64,000 nt of DNA from Epiperipatus broadwayi (GCA_028023455.1 JAQFVV010000009.1:8990001-9054000), one strand, 5' to 3'. Positions 27,766 through 41,290 are shown, counted from the first letter of the stretch. Notes: generated by a model from the sequence alone, not told the origin. Translations and numbers: made by a program.

Positions 27766-29415
27766 GTTTGAAATGCAAACAATTTTAAAATAAATTATTG
27801 ATTGATTATTATAATATACGGTTCTTTTAAAAGTAGAATATATACATTTATTAAGTTATTTACAAGATTTAAAAAATGTTTTAAAATACAATATAGATAT
27901 ATAGTATAATTGTAATTTTTGTATGTGAAAGTAAATATTGTCAATATGAATTTCAATTATTAACAAAACTTTATAGAAAAAGAAAGAAGTGTATACATCT
28001 TTTGATAATACTACATTAAGACATTTATTTCTAGGATGGACTAACTTTTCAAAATCTGTAACCAAGAAAAAAAAAAGAGTTCTGAATCTAGAAGACCTTC
28101 AAAGTGCTTTACTCATTTTACTATTATCTAATCATTTGATTACTTTATTTTATCACATGTATTTGATATTAGTCTTTTATATTAAACATCTGTATTAATT
28201 TTACACTATTTATACAGACATAATATTGTTGCCTTATCCTTTCACAAACTTTATGTAATATTTAATTTCTAATAAACTATGTTCACATTCATAAGGGATA
28301 ACTTCTTATAACTTTTTTCACTTCATGTCTCACTCTGCTATCAACTCTATTACCAAGATGGGGACTAGATTTTTAAGTATTTTCATTTACAGCAGCACCC
28401 TAAACAATCGTGAGTTTTGATTGAAAGAAAAATCTTTAATATTAATCATGGTGTATAATAGATTATTAAACCAGAATAATAATTGTCAATTTTCTGAATA
28501 TTATTAATTATCAATTTTTATAATATTTGTCTGGTATTTTGTACTGAAGTGATGATATATACTTGCATATATGTTTGCTTCATTTTTCTTTAATTCCCTC
28601 CTGTTTCCATTAAATTCAGCAGTTTTTCTAGAACTCACACACATAAGTAATCAGCGCACATGTGTGTGGGTGCAATTATATATTATTTAAAGTCTAAATA
28701 ACTTATGATAAAACTAGGAAGGGAAAGTAAAATATTAAAAGCTAAGCAATCAGTTAGATAAAGTTAATGTAGGTAAATAATAAAGAAAGGGTTTGGTGAT
28801 GAAAATAAGCCATTAAAGGATGTAAGAATTGGTGCCTTATTTTAGTATCAATGGTAGAGATCACCCATATAATTACAGTTCAACACTTTTAAGGCTTAGA
28901 TGCATCAGAAATATGTTGAAAGTAAAATGAAAACAAAAGTCAGGAAATGGACACAGCAGGAGGTCTGAGTAATTATAAAATGAACATTAATGGAAGTGCA
29001 ATTAAGGAAAGGAAAAGATGTAAATCCATTAAAACTTAAAAGCACTCTGAGGCATCTTAAAAATATATATAAACTCAGAAGTGTATTGTTAAAAAAAGTT
29101 TATGGGTTTTTTTAGTTTTTTTGTGCTATCTACCAGAATGAGTGAGTAAATTGATGTTGGCTTCTCCAGTGTCATCGGAGAAGAATAGTGACACAATGTT
29201 AGCTCCTGCAGAATGACCGAAGCTGTCCAGTGTTCCAGTAAACCCAAATGCTGATCCTGAAATACCCAATTAACTTCTACATCTGGAACTCATTGCTACA
29301 GTGGAATGAAGTCATTTGTAAGACCATCAGCTTACAGCAGCTATCAATATAAACTACCTGTAATTCAGCACATGAACAATCATCCAGATACTGCTGGTAA
29401 AAGCCTTATAATTTA

Positions 29416-29486
29416 TTAATTGTAACTTAAAATATCTCTATTAACTGTAACTTAAAATATTTATTAACTGTAAATGAAACACTTAT
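29416..29486. repeat. Short tandem repeat, ~23-bp unit x3
   Basis: attaa(t/c)tgtaacttaaaatat... is repeated. Confidence 0.7.
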
Positions 29487-30441
29487 ATATGTACTAGTTT
29501 TGGATATAAAAATTAAAAAAATAATCAATCATGCAAAATTTACTGGTTTAAAGTTATTTAATTTTATTTTTTTTTTATCCCGTTTACTTGTAAGGACTCT
29601 AGGATTGGAGGGAGTAATCTTATAAAATGTCGAAATGTTTTAGCATTTCTCTTTTCATGATGTCCCAAGGGACATCAGAGAGTGAGAAGATGCTAAGAGT
29701 AAAAATAGATAAATCAAAGTTAAAAAGTAATAATATATTGATAATATGTAATAATATGCATTTCCTTCCCCCATCATCTTAAGTAATGATGTTTTCTACT
29801 TAGAACTTACTAAGAGAAATTAGTGAGAGATGACAAGTGGTAACATTAATTAATTTTCTTTAATAAACATACTTACTTAAGTGTTGCCGTATAAATATAT
29901 GAATATAAATAAGTAAATTAATTCTATTTTATGATCTTATATTTTATTCATGAGGTAAAGTTTTTTTAAACTAGATGAAGTCCATATTCTCTCTATATAG
30001 GTGGCATGATGCTATATATGTAACCTTGAGTGACCCATAAATATTTTTCATTAAATTAATATAGTAGAGAATGGACTAAATGTCAATTATTATGTGTTGT
30101 TAAGGTATTTACCCCTCTCCTTATCTGTAAATTATATATAATATCTAGATTTATATAACAATGATTAAAATTATGGATGAGTTAAAATGTCAAATAAATT
30201 CATACTTTATTATGTAGGGATATGTGCAGTGATTATATAAAAATTTAGCTATTTTATTTTAGTTTTGGTGCAAAGTTGATTAAATATTTTATTTAATTCA
30301 GCAATTGAGATACTGCATAGCATCAGTGGTTATATTAAATATATGATTCACTCTTACATATGTACACAGTGCATCCAATGCCTACTATATTAAATCTGTG
30401 TGTTCAATGAGTTCTCTTCTTTAAAAATAAATTCTGTATAT

Positions 30442-30978
30442 ATCAAAATATATAAAATGTGCTAACATACACAAGCACACAAAGCTAAAAACAAATAAAG
30501 AAAATATATATTATTTTAATATCTGTTCATTAAATGGCTAAGCGCTTTCAAGGTTCAAAGCCCTCATAATCATAGCCGTATTACAAAATATAATAAATTG
30601 ACTTGGATTGATGCAAATTTATGCAAATGAAATGATTACACATTCCATTTTTTGAATATTTTGTAGCAAGAGTCTTTTCTATTGATGGCGTTGCCATCTC
30701 TAGATATAAAGAAAGCTTCTTTTATCTTTCTTTTTAGATCGTGCCGCTCACTGCATATTACAACTGGATTTCCCGGTTGACAATCATGCCCAGCTGAAGT
30801 GCGGTGCTGTGCAAAAACTGAACTATGAGCAGTGTCCACCAAAGCTTTATTATAAGAATAAGTGTGTTGAGATAGCGATTAGCCATTTAATGAACAGATA
30901 TTAAAATAATATATATTTTCTTTATTTGTTTTTAGCGTTGTGTGCTTGTGCGTGTTAGCTCATTTTATATATTTTGAT
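30442..30978 (-). mobile_element. 5'-truncated Penelope-like element: GIY-YIG C-terminus, 3' pLTR with hammerhead, and inverted 100-bp pLTR copy
   Basis: ORF 30636-30842 (SSVFAQHRTSAGHDCQPGNPVVICSERHDLKRKIKEAFFISRDGNAINRKD) matches the PLE endonuclease end. Near-perfect inverted repeats at 30442-30541 and 30879-30978. Confidence 0.88.
30535..30579 (-). ncRNA. Atypical hammerhead ribozyme (A3:U8 core variant), copy 2
   Basis: Minus strand: acggct-ATGATTA-t-gagg gctttgaa cctt-GAAA-gcgc-TT-agccat. Confidence 0.65.
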
Positions 30979-32277
30979 TCATAATTAGCCACAAAGCATA
31001 AACTATTTGCTTATTTCTGTATATATATATAAATTATCATTAAGTTAGGTAGGGTCAGTGGATTGGAGCTCCATGCTCTAAATCCTAGTATATAGTACAC
31101 ACATACCCTCATTTTATGATGAGCCTTCGGCTAAAAGCAGGAGCACCCCTGCTGCCTGGGACATCTACTTTCACTTGTGAATAATGCTGTCAAGATCACT
31201 AAGTCAATCCATCTTATAATTATGGCCAGTTAAACCCACACAAAGATGTAGTCCCATGATACTTCAAGATTCCTCCCTTATATTAAGCTTTCACCTAAAC
31301 TCTATAGCTGTAACAATGTGTAATTTCTTAGTTAACTCCTATATAGTGGTGCCCTAGTATTATTAAATTAAAATAATTAAAATGTACTTAATCCAAATCC
31401 ATAATTGATTGATTGATATTAATGTTAATATCTTATGGATTAAATGAGGCACATTACCTTTATGTCTATTTGATCACTGTTATCCTTGATTATATTGGTA
31501 AGAACCAGTAAATGATCTTTTATTCTAATATATAAATGTGTAAACCACCTTTTAATGGATTTTCTTTGATAATTAATAAATGTTATTTCTTGTTAGTAAT
31601 GCATTGTTATCATCATTTGTGGGTTGGAACCATATAAATAATAAATAGATAATTGATAGTAAGTTAGTGATCAAAAGGTAGAGTCTATGCAGAACTCTGA
31701 GCTGAGCAGAGCTGTATGAAAAGGGAAGCTGTGTAATGTCATGAGACTAGGAGGCCTAGGCAGGGATTTAAACTAGGATTATGGGGATATCAATACCCTT
31801 ATGCATGTTGATTGAGAGAGTCTGCTTGGTCTTTCAGTCTTGCTAGCAAATTATACGTTTCACCATTACAGGTTTTTTTTTGTACAACATGGTGCACCAA
31901 CATTGGACTTTGAATCACTTTTCATATGGTCTTGAAGATACCTAAATATCAGCCAGAAAAGAGTGGCCCCAGAAAAAAAATTTTTTTGTGTGTGTATACC
32001 TGGAATATTTTTTATGTACAACTCTGTGAGAACTTTTTTGTATAAATATTAATGTAGACCATTCCATGTACAGCCTTAGAGAAAAGAAAGGAAAAAAAAT
32101 CTATCTATATATATGGGTTAAAAAAAAATTTGTATGGCCCGACTGGTGATGATGAAAAAAATAATAATAATGAGTGGCACAGAGGGGTTAGTGCATATAA
32201 ATATATGAAAATAGGGCACCAATATTCAAAACATTAACAATGTAAAAATAACTCTGTTTCTTATATGTTTTTTACAG

Positions 32278-32312
32278 GTGGATTGAGTGATCCAACATTA
32301 TCAGACAAGTAG
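32278..32312 (+). CDS. Possible alternative terminal exon (GGLSDPTLSDK*)
   Basis: Strong acceptor atgttttttacag|; phase 1, compatible with exon 27621-27765. Very short. Confidence 0.3.
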
Positions 32313-33519
32313 AAAAGAAACCAAGAAAGACAAAATTATTATGAGGAATAGCAATAAAATTTTTTTAGATTAATAAAGGCAGATAGGGTAGAACATGAGA
32401 ACTTTTTTTAGTGGAGCACAATATTACAGGAAGATGACATAGAGAAACAGACTATTTTGTAAAATAAAAGAACAAAATAAAATAAAATCTCACTAATGGA
32501 AGAGAGTGATAGTGAAGACAGATGCAGGGTCAGACAAGGCCCAGAGATGGTTACGTTCAGAGGGGACCCTGAGGAAAGCCCAATGGTCAGGGTGGAGCAT
32601 TCTAACCATTGTTTTTTTAACATCATCTCAATTTGTAACCTTGTAAATAATTCCTTGTTTTCCTTCATATTTCATAAATTTTTAAAATATGCAACATCTT
32701 ATGACCAATGACTTGCTAATATGACCTATCTATTGCATTAAAAAATCAACACAGGGGTAGTTACCTTCCACCTTTCTTTCTGTAACAAATTTGTATAGGA
32801 TGTTGAATCTTTTTATTACATGTCTGAAATATGCTATTATATATCTTTTTTATGTTAGATAATGAGAAACAGATATTCAAGAGGTAGAATGATGATCTTG
32901 AAATAGACATATGACTGAATGGATTAATTATTTAAGATGGATTCATTATGCTTTAATTAGTGTTACACCTTTATATTCTCAAATATTGAATTTTTGAGGC
33001 AATGTTCTAACCAACTGACGTACTCTGTCAATGGCAACAGATAGTAGAAATTTCATATATTTATATATGAGGAATGGTTCAGATCCTTCTGAGTCCTAAT
33101 ATTTTTTCTGAAATCAAGATTAATTAGAGGTTTCCATATATTGTGTATTTATCACACTGGATTGACTTATAGGATTATTTTCCATTGTCATACAAGCAGC
33201 TTCCTTGAATTTTCTTCTTTGCACCTTTTTCTTTCTACTCAATATTTTTGTATTTTACCAATTAAACATATGATCATTAATATATACATGGCTCTGCTAG
33301 TGTAGACACATCTGTTTTTTTTCTTTTTTAACCATTAGTTTGTGTTCTTTCAATAACTGTTATTATTAAGAAATTCTTTGTATTTAAATATAGGTTAAAT
33401 TTTTCTATACATTCAACATTAACTGATAGATGATGGAAATAGTGCAACATATTATGACATGTAATATACCATCATCACAAATCTTCAAGCAAATAATGTA
33501 TACAGTATAATTATAATAT

Positions 33520-33663
33520 ATTTTTAATGGGTGTTTTAGATGGAAATATTTAATGTGTGGAATTATCCAGTTATAGTTACTCAATTATAAAGCATTCAAA
33601 CTAGAACCACTGCAGTTTATGTGTAAGAAATCAAAGTATAGCAAACTTTTCAATTTTCTTTAT

Positions 33664-33696
<33 letters not shown>

Positions 33697-33790
33697 TTTA
33701 TTGGATGTTTTAGATGGAAATGTTTAATGTGTGGACTTATTCATTTATATAATTACTCAATTAGAAAGCACTCAACCTAGAACAGTAGCT
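33520..33790 (+). repeat. Tandem duplication of ~95 bp separated by a (TAT)n microsatellite (33664-33693)
   Basis: gttttagatggaaat.tttaatgtgtgga.ttat....ttactcaatta.aaagca.tcaa.ctagaac occurs twice. Confidence 0.75.
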
Positions 33791-35140
33791 AATAAAATGC
33801 AATTGTCCCAGGCCAAGACAAAGTAAAACAGTCAGGCTAAGTGTATATTTTATCTTATCATATTATTGATTTATAATTTTATTATATTGTTTTATTAAAT
33901 TAATTACTATTATTTAATTTTTCTGATGTATCTTTTTAAATCCATATATCTGTTCTTTACATTATGTATGTGAGAATGAATTTGATCAAAGAAAAAGAGA
34001 AAAATCCATGAGAGTTATGCTTGTTGTGAAATTAAAATGGTGCAGTAAACAGAATAAGTAAATTAATATGTGTATGGTTAAGAAATCAACAGTCTTTCTT
34101 GTATATCAGCTAGTAATTATTCTTTATGTTAGAATTGAATATTAGCCTATGGAAAATAAATATAATTTCATATATTGTATTGGAGAAGTCTAGAAAGATA
34201 ATATTTACCAGATAACTAATACAATATTTAGCAGTATATTATGATATCAAATGTGAAGGAATAAAATATATATTTTTTGTTATAACATTCAATTATATAG
34301 GCTTATTTAGATGTACTATTTCTGTATCTTGTTATTTTGAAATAGTTAATAGCTATTAGAATCAATATAATATCATAGTTTTCTTTGTGTGCATATGTCA
34401 AACTAATGGACTTATCCTAGATAATGTAACTGTCAATCTTATGTAAATGATTTTATTCATGTCCCAGATTGGGCATATAAAATGCACTAAAATAAATATG
34501 CAATCCAAGAAATTAAGTATTTCTTCCTAATTGAGCAATATTATATTATTAAGCCATATTAGATCAACCAAATTGTGAAGGATAATGATTAAAAATAGGG
34601 AGATCAAACTGTATATTTATTTGCACCTAAATCAATAAGCTATCTTAACTAATTCTTTTTAATAATGTAAATCCAATATATAATACCATAATTTTGTTAT
34701 AATATTCTTGTGCAAAAATAAATTGATACATACCAGAGTTACTAGAGATTTATACATTTATAAGATGCCAATGAATCTATGAATCAATAAAATATATATT
34801 TCAATAAATATGTAATTCAGGAATTAGGTATCTATAGCTTACTAAATATGTAAATTGAAGAATATACCTTATGAAAGAGAATCCAATGATGCACTTATTG
34901 ATAATATAGAAATTCATTAATGTCATTGAATTAGCCATAAAAGAAATATTATATTAACAATCATAAAAAATTATTATGTATTACAATCTACCTTGACTCT
35001 ATTAATCTCTAGAAATTTCTATCACTTCCAGATGTACCGTGATAGCTTGCTTCATATCTGATCTAGGTTCTAGCAACTTCCAGTTCCAACATAAACTTGC
35101 CTCATTGTTTTAACCATATAGTGAAAAATATGCTTTAGAG

Positions 35141-35870
35141 CTACAGGAAATGTTGCAGGAGTTATTAGGTGAAAATAGGAAAGTAGGACTGAAGGTAAGG
35201 TAAATGTTAAAAAGACTAAAGTAATATTCAATGGATTTTATCAAAATATGAAAATAAAGATTGATTATTATGAGTTAGAATAAGTTAACAGCTACAAATA
35301 CCTTGGTCAGATTATTAATACAGATGGAAACATAATGGATGAAGTTAATCATAGAATTAAACTTGGTTGGAGTGCTTTTGGTAAAAATAACTTGATACTA
35401 AAGGGAAATATGCCTATGTGTTTGAAAAAGAAGAATGTGTTTATCAGTTCTTACTTATGGATCTGAAACTTGGACACTTAATAGAAGAGCAATACAGAAA
35501 CTTCAGACTACTCAAAGAAGTATGGAGAGATGCTTGTTAGGAGTAACAAGAAGAGATTGAAAATGCAATATATGGGTAAGAGAAGAAACGGGTGTTACTG
35601 ACCTCATTGAAAAAATTAAAGGACAAGTAGAGTTGGGCTGGACATATTGCTAGAAGAGATGATAATAGATGGACAATTGAAATCTTAAACCGGATTCCAA
35701 GATATTGTAAAAGACCCAGAAAGAGACTACATGTGAGATGGATGCATGAAATAAGAAAGTGTGCAGGGATGTTGTGGAGAAGAGAAGCTAAAGATTGGAG
35801 AAGATAGACTGAAATTGGAGAGACCTTCATTCTGAAGTGGATTGATAAATGATTAATGATGATAATAATG
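35141..35870 (+). mobile_element. 5'-truncated RTE-clade LINE (RT C-terminus and 3' end)
   Basis: LQEMLQEL..KVGLK..KKTKVI..YKYLGQII..RIKLGWSAFGK..VLTYGSETWTL..QRSMERCLLGV..WAGHIARRDDNRWT..RW. It ends in a (TGA/TAA)n tail with a probable target-site duplication atgct(t)tagag (35130-35140 and 35871-35880). Confidence 0.92.
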
Positions 35871-36184
35871 ATGCTTAGAGTCATTCATGTTTGATAGTAA
35901 ATTGTTGTTATCTCCCCTTTACCTTATCACTCATTGGCCTGTTTCTCCTATTGGATATATATTATTTATTTATTTATCTATTGGTTTGCAGTGATGAATG
36001 TTCAATCTGATCAAGATAAGATGAAATATGGACTAATCCATTAGTTAAAGATAAGTTAAGATATAGCATTCTTTCCCCCAGCTAAATTTAATTTTAGAGA
36101 ATGTGGTCATTCAGGTGTTTTGATAGATGTCTTTGTCACTTTCTGGTCTCATTATATTTGATGGCTTCATCAGCAGGTCTGATA

Positions 36185-36331
36185 GATTCATCATTGTTGG
36201 CTGGTGACTCTTCATTATTGATTGATGACTCTTCACTGTTAGTGGATGATTCTTCACTGTTGGCTGATAATTCTTTACTGTTAAATGATGATTTTTTACT
36301 GTTGACTAATGTCTCTTCACTTATAATCTAT
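36185..36331. repeat. 21-bp minisatellite x7, open on both strands
   Basis: Units ga(t/c)tcttcactgttggctgat. Plus strand reads DSSLL(A/I/V)D; minus strand reads NSEESS(A/T/I). Confidence 0.85.
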
Positions 36332-38059
36332 AGTTCAACCTTAGTTGGTTTCTGTGATGTTGTTATCCATTATCTGCTTGAGCAACTACTGTCTGCAATC
36401 CTTTTAATTTGATTACAACTGCTATAACCCATTTTGTCATTCTCTTGAATATATAGCATGAGACTTGAGCACCTATCAATGTTTTAGCACTTTTATTTTT
36501 ATTAGATTGTCCTAGGCTTCAAACACAGTTTATCATCAATCACCTTTGGGTAGATTCTTCTTGATTTAATTTTATTTTTGAGCTGTCTCTTTAGTTACTG
36601 TAAAGCCCAAGTGATTGAACCAATCATAGTCTAATAAATTTTTTATGGCTACTAGATGACAACAAGAGACAAATAAATTGTTGTACTAAGCATAGTAACT
36701 TCTCTTGTATGACCCAAGAATGACATTTGATTGCCTTGATAGGCAATGATTGCTTTGCTGCTAGATTGCAGTTGATATTTATTTTTCCTATTAATGCCAG
36801 CCCATAACTTTTTTGATGCAATAGACACTGCAATATCATTAATAATAGTATTATATATTATTAATACAGGAATTGATATAATTTGATTTCACATTATCTT
36901 TCTGGCATTTGGAATGGAACAGTTTTTTCTTTTAAAACCAGCAGCATTTAGGTGATTAACATGCTTGCAATATTTATATATTGTATATCAGTGGGAGAAT
37001 ATGACATGTCTGTGTGTTTTGCTTTGTCATATCTATAACAAAATAATATTATCAATTGTAGATCCCTTCCACAGCTTTAATGATGAGACTACTTTCTTGA
37101 ATGGAATGATCTGACTCACTATGGAACTCAGCTAGAGTTTCCTGAGAAATAGTTGAAGCAAATGTGGTACCAGGGTAAATCAACAGCTTGTCCCTAAGAT
37201 TGTGTTCTTTTATTCAATAAATGAAATGATTTTTCCAAGGCTTTGTTGAGGAAGTCTAATGTTGCAGTTAAGAGCTAGATTTTCTGAGTTTGACAGCAAA
37301 ATCTCTCATTTTTTCCCCTTATGTTCTATAGAGAGATTAAAGTGACACCTTTGCATTATCATTAAGGGTTTTGGGCAGAAAAAATTTAACAGTAAAGATG
37401 TTTTTTTTTCAAATTTAAGCCTATCCAACAGCATGGGGGCTTCTTATGCTCACAATATTTTGTAGGTCTAAGGTCTACATATAAAAACAAATGTGGCTAA
37501 TTTTAAATCAAGATTTTTGATTTGATTAGCTTATATATAGAAAAACACTCAATCCATGTAGAATGGCCGATTTTCAAGATAGGCTGGATCAAACTCTTCT
37601 AATGACAGTTATGGCCATATTGATTTTTTTCTGCAATGGTAGAAAAAAATTCTGACTCTTTTAATGGTTGTATTTGCATTTGATTTTTTAAAAATTTCTT
37701 TTGACATGCTAATAATGTTAGCTGTCAATTTATAATAACACAAATCTAAACAACCCACTAAGGAAGATCCTGACTTTATAGCTAATGAGTAATTACCCAC
37801 ATTTGATATTTTTAACTGTTAATTTTTTGTAATTTATGACGAAGATCTGAACAATAACAGAAGCAAAATCCTGTTATAACTGTACCAACTGTTGTTATGA
37901 TAATCACAGACTTGTAAAATATGATTAAACATTTATTAATTAAAACAAATATAGAAATATTTCTTTATAATATATACAACTGTTATAACTTCACCTAATA
38001 CTATTGGCTTGGCATTTAGTTGTCATGCAACTATTAATGTAAGGGCTTTAGATACCCTT

Positions 38060-38475
38060 CTAGATTTACCTATCACTTCCAATTGTGCCGTGACAATTTA
38101 CCTCATGAGTAAGTGCAGTTGACATTTCCAGCTATACTGTGTCAGCTTGACTTGCCTGATAATAAGTTCTAGCAGCTTCAGTTCTAATGTGAATTTGCTC
38201 CACTGCTCTAACCATGTAGAGAACAAAATGAATATGCCATTCAGTTTTGACAGCAATTGTTGTCTATCCTTCCAACTGGATTGACTATTTAGAGTCAGAT
38301 CCCCTTCCATTATAAAAATAATCAGATTCATTGAACATCATCACCAATTGGTCTATTTCTTTTATTGGATATATATATTATTTTATTTACTATTTGTATA
38401 TGCAATGAATATTCAATCCAATTAAGATAAGAGGAATCTGGACTAATATACTAGTTGAAGGTAGGTTGAGATTTA
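38060..38475 (+). repeat. Paralogous segment of 35009-36065 lacking the RTE insertion
   Basis: Shared blocks: ctatcacttcca..tg(t/c)(a/g)ccgtga; ttctagca.cttc.agttc; aaccat.tag; cattca.gtttga.ag.aattgttgt; attggatatata(ta)ttattt; ttcaatc...t.aagataag...aat.tggactaat. Confidence 0.75.
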
Positions 38476-40637
38476 ACAGAGATTAAATTGTTAACAGTAG
38501 TTTTCAATAGCTCACTTTGTTATACCAGTGTTTGTGACTCCATCTGATATATTTTAGCATTCTTTCAATTGAGTTCTTTTTTTGTTTATGACCAATATAG
38601 AATTCCAATGATGATAAATGTTCCCATATGTATTATCCTTAGTTAGTTTTCAGCTATTTTAACCTCACTGAATCTTTTTCCATATATGCATCTTAATAGA
38701 GTATTAACACTTAAGATAAAGAAATGATTTGGATTTTTTTTCTTCTTTTGGCTGTCATTCGTTCTATTCATGACATTGCAGATATTAGTCAAGAGGTCTT
38801 CTATGTCTTCCTTTTGTGAAATCTATTTTGAGATCATTATTATTTTGTCAACAAATTGGCAAAGTATTAAGTTTATCAGATATAAAAATAATGATCTGAC
38901 CAAAGTTAAAAAAGTTCTATCTGGTTACCTAGCAACATTTTATTTTGTTTATAAAGTATTGCTCATGAAATTCTCTCTTATTTTGTTATTCAATATGATA
39001 AAATAATCTTTTTTTCTTCTTTTAATTCAAATAAAAATTTTAAAATTAAGATGTGCATAATGTTTTTTTTAATATTTCATTTGCATTCATTCTGGATTTG
39101 AATATTTATAACTTAATAAAAATAGATGGGCATGTGATAGACTTACATGTCACAATATATTATGAATATAAATAGTGTTCTTTTCACATCTTATGGTATA
39201 TTTCAGCATTCCAAATGAGGCTGATGATAAAGCTTAATAAAATTCTTTTACGTTTTTGTTGCATCAATGTAGGACCTACATATATAAATGGAGAAAAAAC
39301 AAAATGTATGTTAATATGCTTTTCTTACATGAAATATAGAAATATTGATATACATCTACATTCACATGAGAGTATTTATGATAATAATGTAATATAAAAT
39401 GATAAAAGTGAATAAAAGTAGAACATATAAAATATATTAGATATCTTGGAATGATAATATATTAAAAAATATCTTGGAAACATCATATTAACATACTAAT
39501 TAATAAATTTACATATTTAATAATAATGTTTTACAAAATCAAAACTATTTTTTCTTTAAATATTTTTATTGTTATATATAATTCTTTATGTGAATAATAC
39601 TTGATGGTTTTGCAAGGTTTCTGAATATTAATAGATTAGCATTATTGCAAAAAATAATAATTGATCTAATAATGAAAGAAAATTATAGATATATATAAAA
39701 AAGATGACACAAAAATATTTTAATTATTCAATCAATTTTTTGAATATATAATTAGAAAAAAAAATTGACAGTACTTTCAAAAAACTATATAAAATAGTTT
39801 GAAATGTGTCTAAGAAAAACAGTTACACTTTCAAAATATTGTAATAAATGTGGAACTAGAGTAAAAAATCATTATGTTCCTAAATTATTCAATAATTTAC
39901 CTATTGAATAAAAAAGCTTGCAACATTATAGGTAATTAAAAAATAAAATTAAAAAGTATATTAAACAACTGAAAACGGGGAAAAAATAGCTTAATATATA
40001 GAAAAATATATATCAATATATAATATTATACAATCAATATTTTTATTACATATAATTAATATATTATTGAAATATATTTTATTATTATTGATTAGCACAT
40101 TTTGTATTACGTTTAAAATCAAAGAAAATCTAAATATATAAATTGTTAGAAAAATTTTCTTCTATATAAAAGTGCAACAAGGATTTAGTAAGAAAAGAAT
40201 GGCATTTGCATAAATATATATTTAATTCATATTTAAATGAATAAATAATAAATAAAGATTGAGTAAAAAAATATTTTTATGGTTATATAATGAAAATAAA
40301 GTCTTATTTGTGCTATACCATATATTGTTTTGTTTAATTTCCAATGTTTCGATGAAGTAATATTCATTCTTGTCAAGGTAAAGGTTTTAATGAAGAACTG
40401 TTATGCCCTACACAAATAACAAACACGAAATAAAGAACAATCATTTTTATATACTGTATATATTTGATGGTTGATTATTCAGAATAGGTGGATAAATATC
40501 TTTTTTTACTTCCTTCAGTTTTCCAATTAATTCATTCTAATGGTTACAATAAAAATTACTAAGAAGAAAAAGATAATAAACTTGATGACTCTACTAGTTA
40601 TAGAGTTGTTTTATCTTATATTAAAGAGTGAGTTGTT

Positions 40638-41080
40638 TTACCTTATATTAAAAAGTCATTGATAAGATCAGTAGAATTTATCTAATTTCAATATTAAGTC
40701 TACTTTTTCCAGTAGCAAAAAAATTGGTGATTTTTTCTATGAACTTAAATACTGAGTACTTTTAGAATACCAAGGTGTCTATAACATTTCATTTCTACAT
40801 TACTCGAGAAGTTATGTTGGTCAATTAAATATACATATTAGTGGAAGAATTAGAGAACATAAAAACGCCTTCAATTAAAAGTTGATTACATCAGCTTTTA
40901 AGTCACATTTTTTAAAAACTGGTCAACACAACTGATTTTGATAATATTAAAGTACTAGCTAATTTGGAAAGGTATGATTTAAGAACTATGAGAAAATCTA
41001 TTGAAATATTGAAAAGACCAGATGATTTAAACAAATCTGATGCAGAACAAAGTATTCCAGCCTTGTGAAGGCCACATATT
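40638..41080 (+). mobile_element. Penelope-like element relic (linker and GIY-YIG endonuclease)
   Basis: LPYIK..IDKISRI..NIKSTF..QGVYNISF..SYVGQ..RIREHK..SAFKSHFLKTG..DFDNIKVLA..RTMRKSIEILKRPDDLNKSD..IPAL*RP, with stops and frameshifts. Confidence 0.85.
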
Positions 41081-41290
41081 CTATTTTGTCTTCTAAACTC
41101 AACTTAGAATCAATTAATTGTAAAATGGAATGAAATAAAAAATTTTTTTTTGTTAATCCACCTATTCTAAATGATCAATCATCTAATATATATATAAGAA
41201 AAATTGTTCTTTACTTCACACCCAATCTCACATTATTTTCTTCAAGAAGTATAATAATTGCACTTTTTTATTGCATTGCCAAATGTATAC

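Noticed and set aside
29130-29400. GC-richer stretch resembling an exon
   Set aside because: All frames contain stops; likely a transposon relic of unknown type.
31110-31162. atgatga-gcc ttc ggc-taaaa-gcagg..cctgc, a possible decayed hammerhead
   Set aside because: Several core positions are wrong, stem I does not pair, and there is no second copy to support it.
32165-32192. piggyBac-like right end (gtggcacagaggggttag)
   Set aside because: No matching left end or intact TTAA target-site duplication found.
32496-32711. GC-richer ORF MEESDSEDRCRVRQGPEM...
   Set aside because: No recognisable domain and no good splice context; probably a repeat relic.
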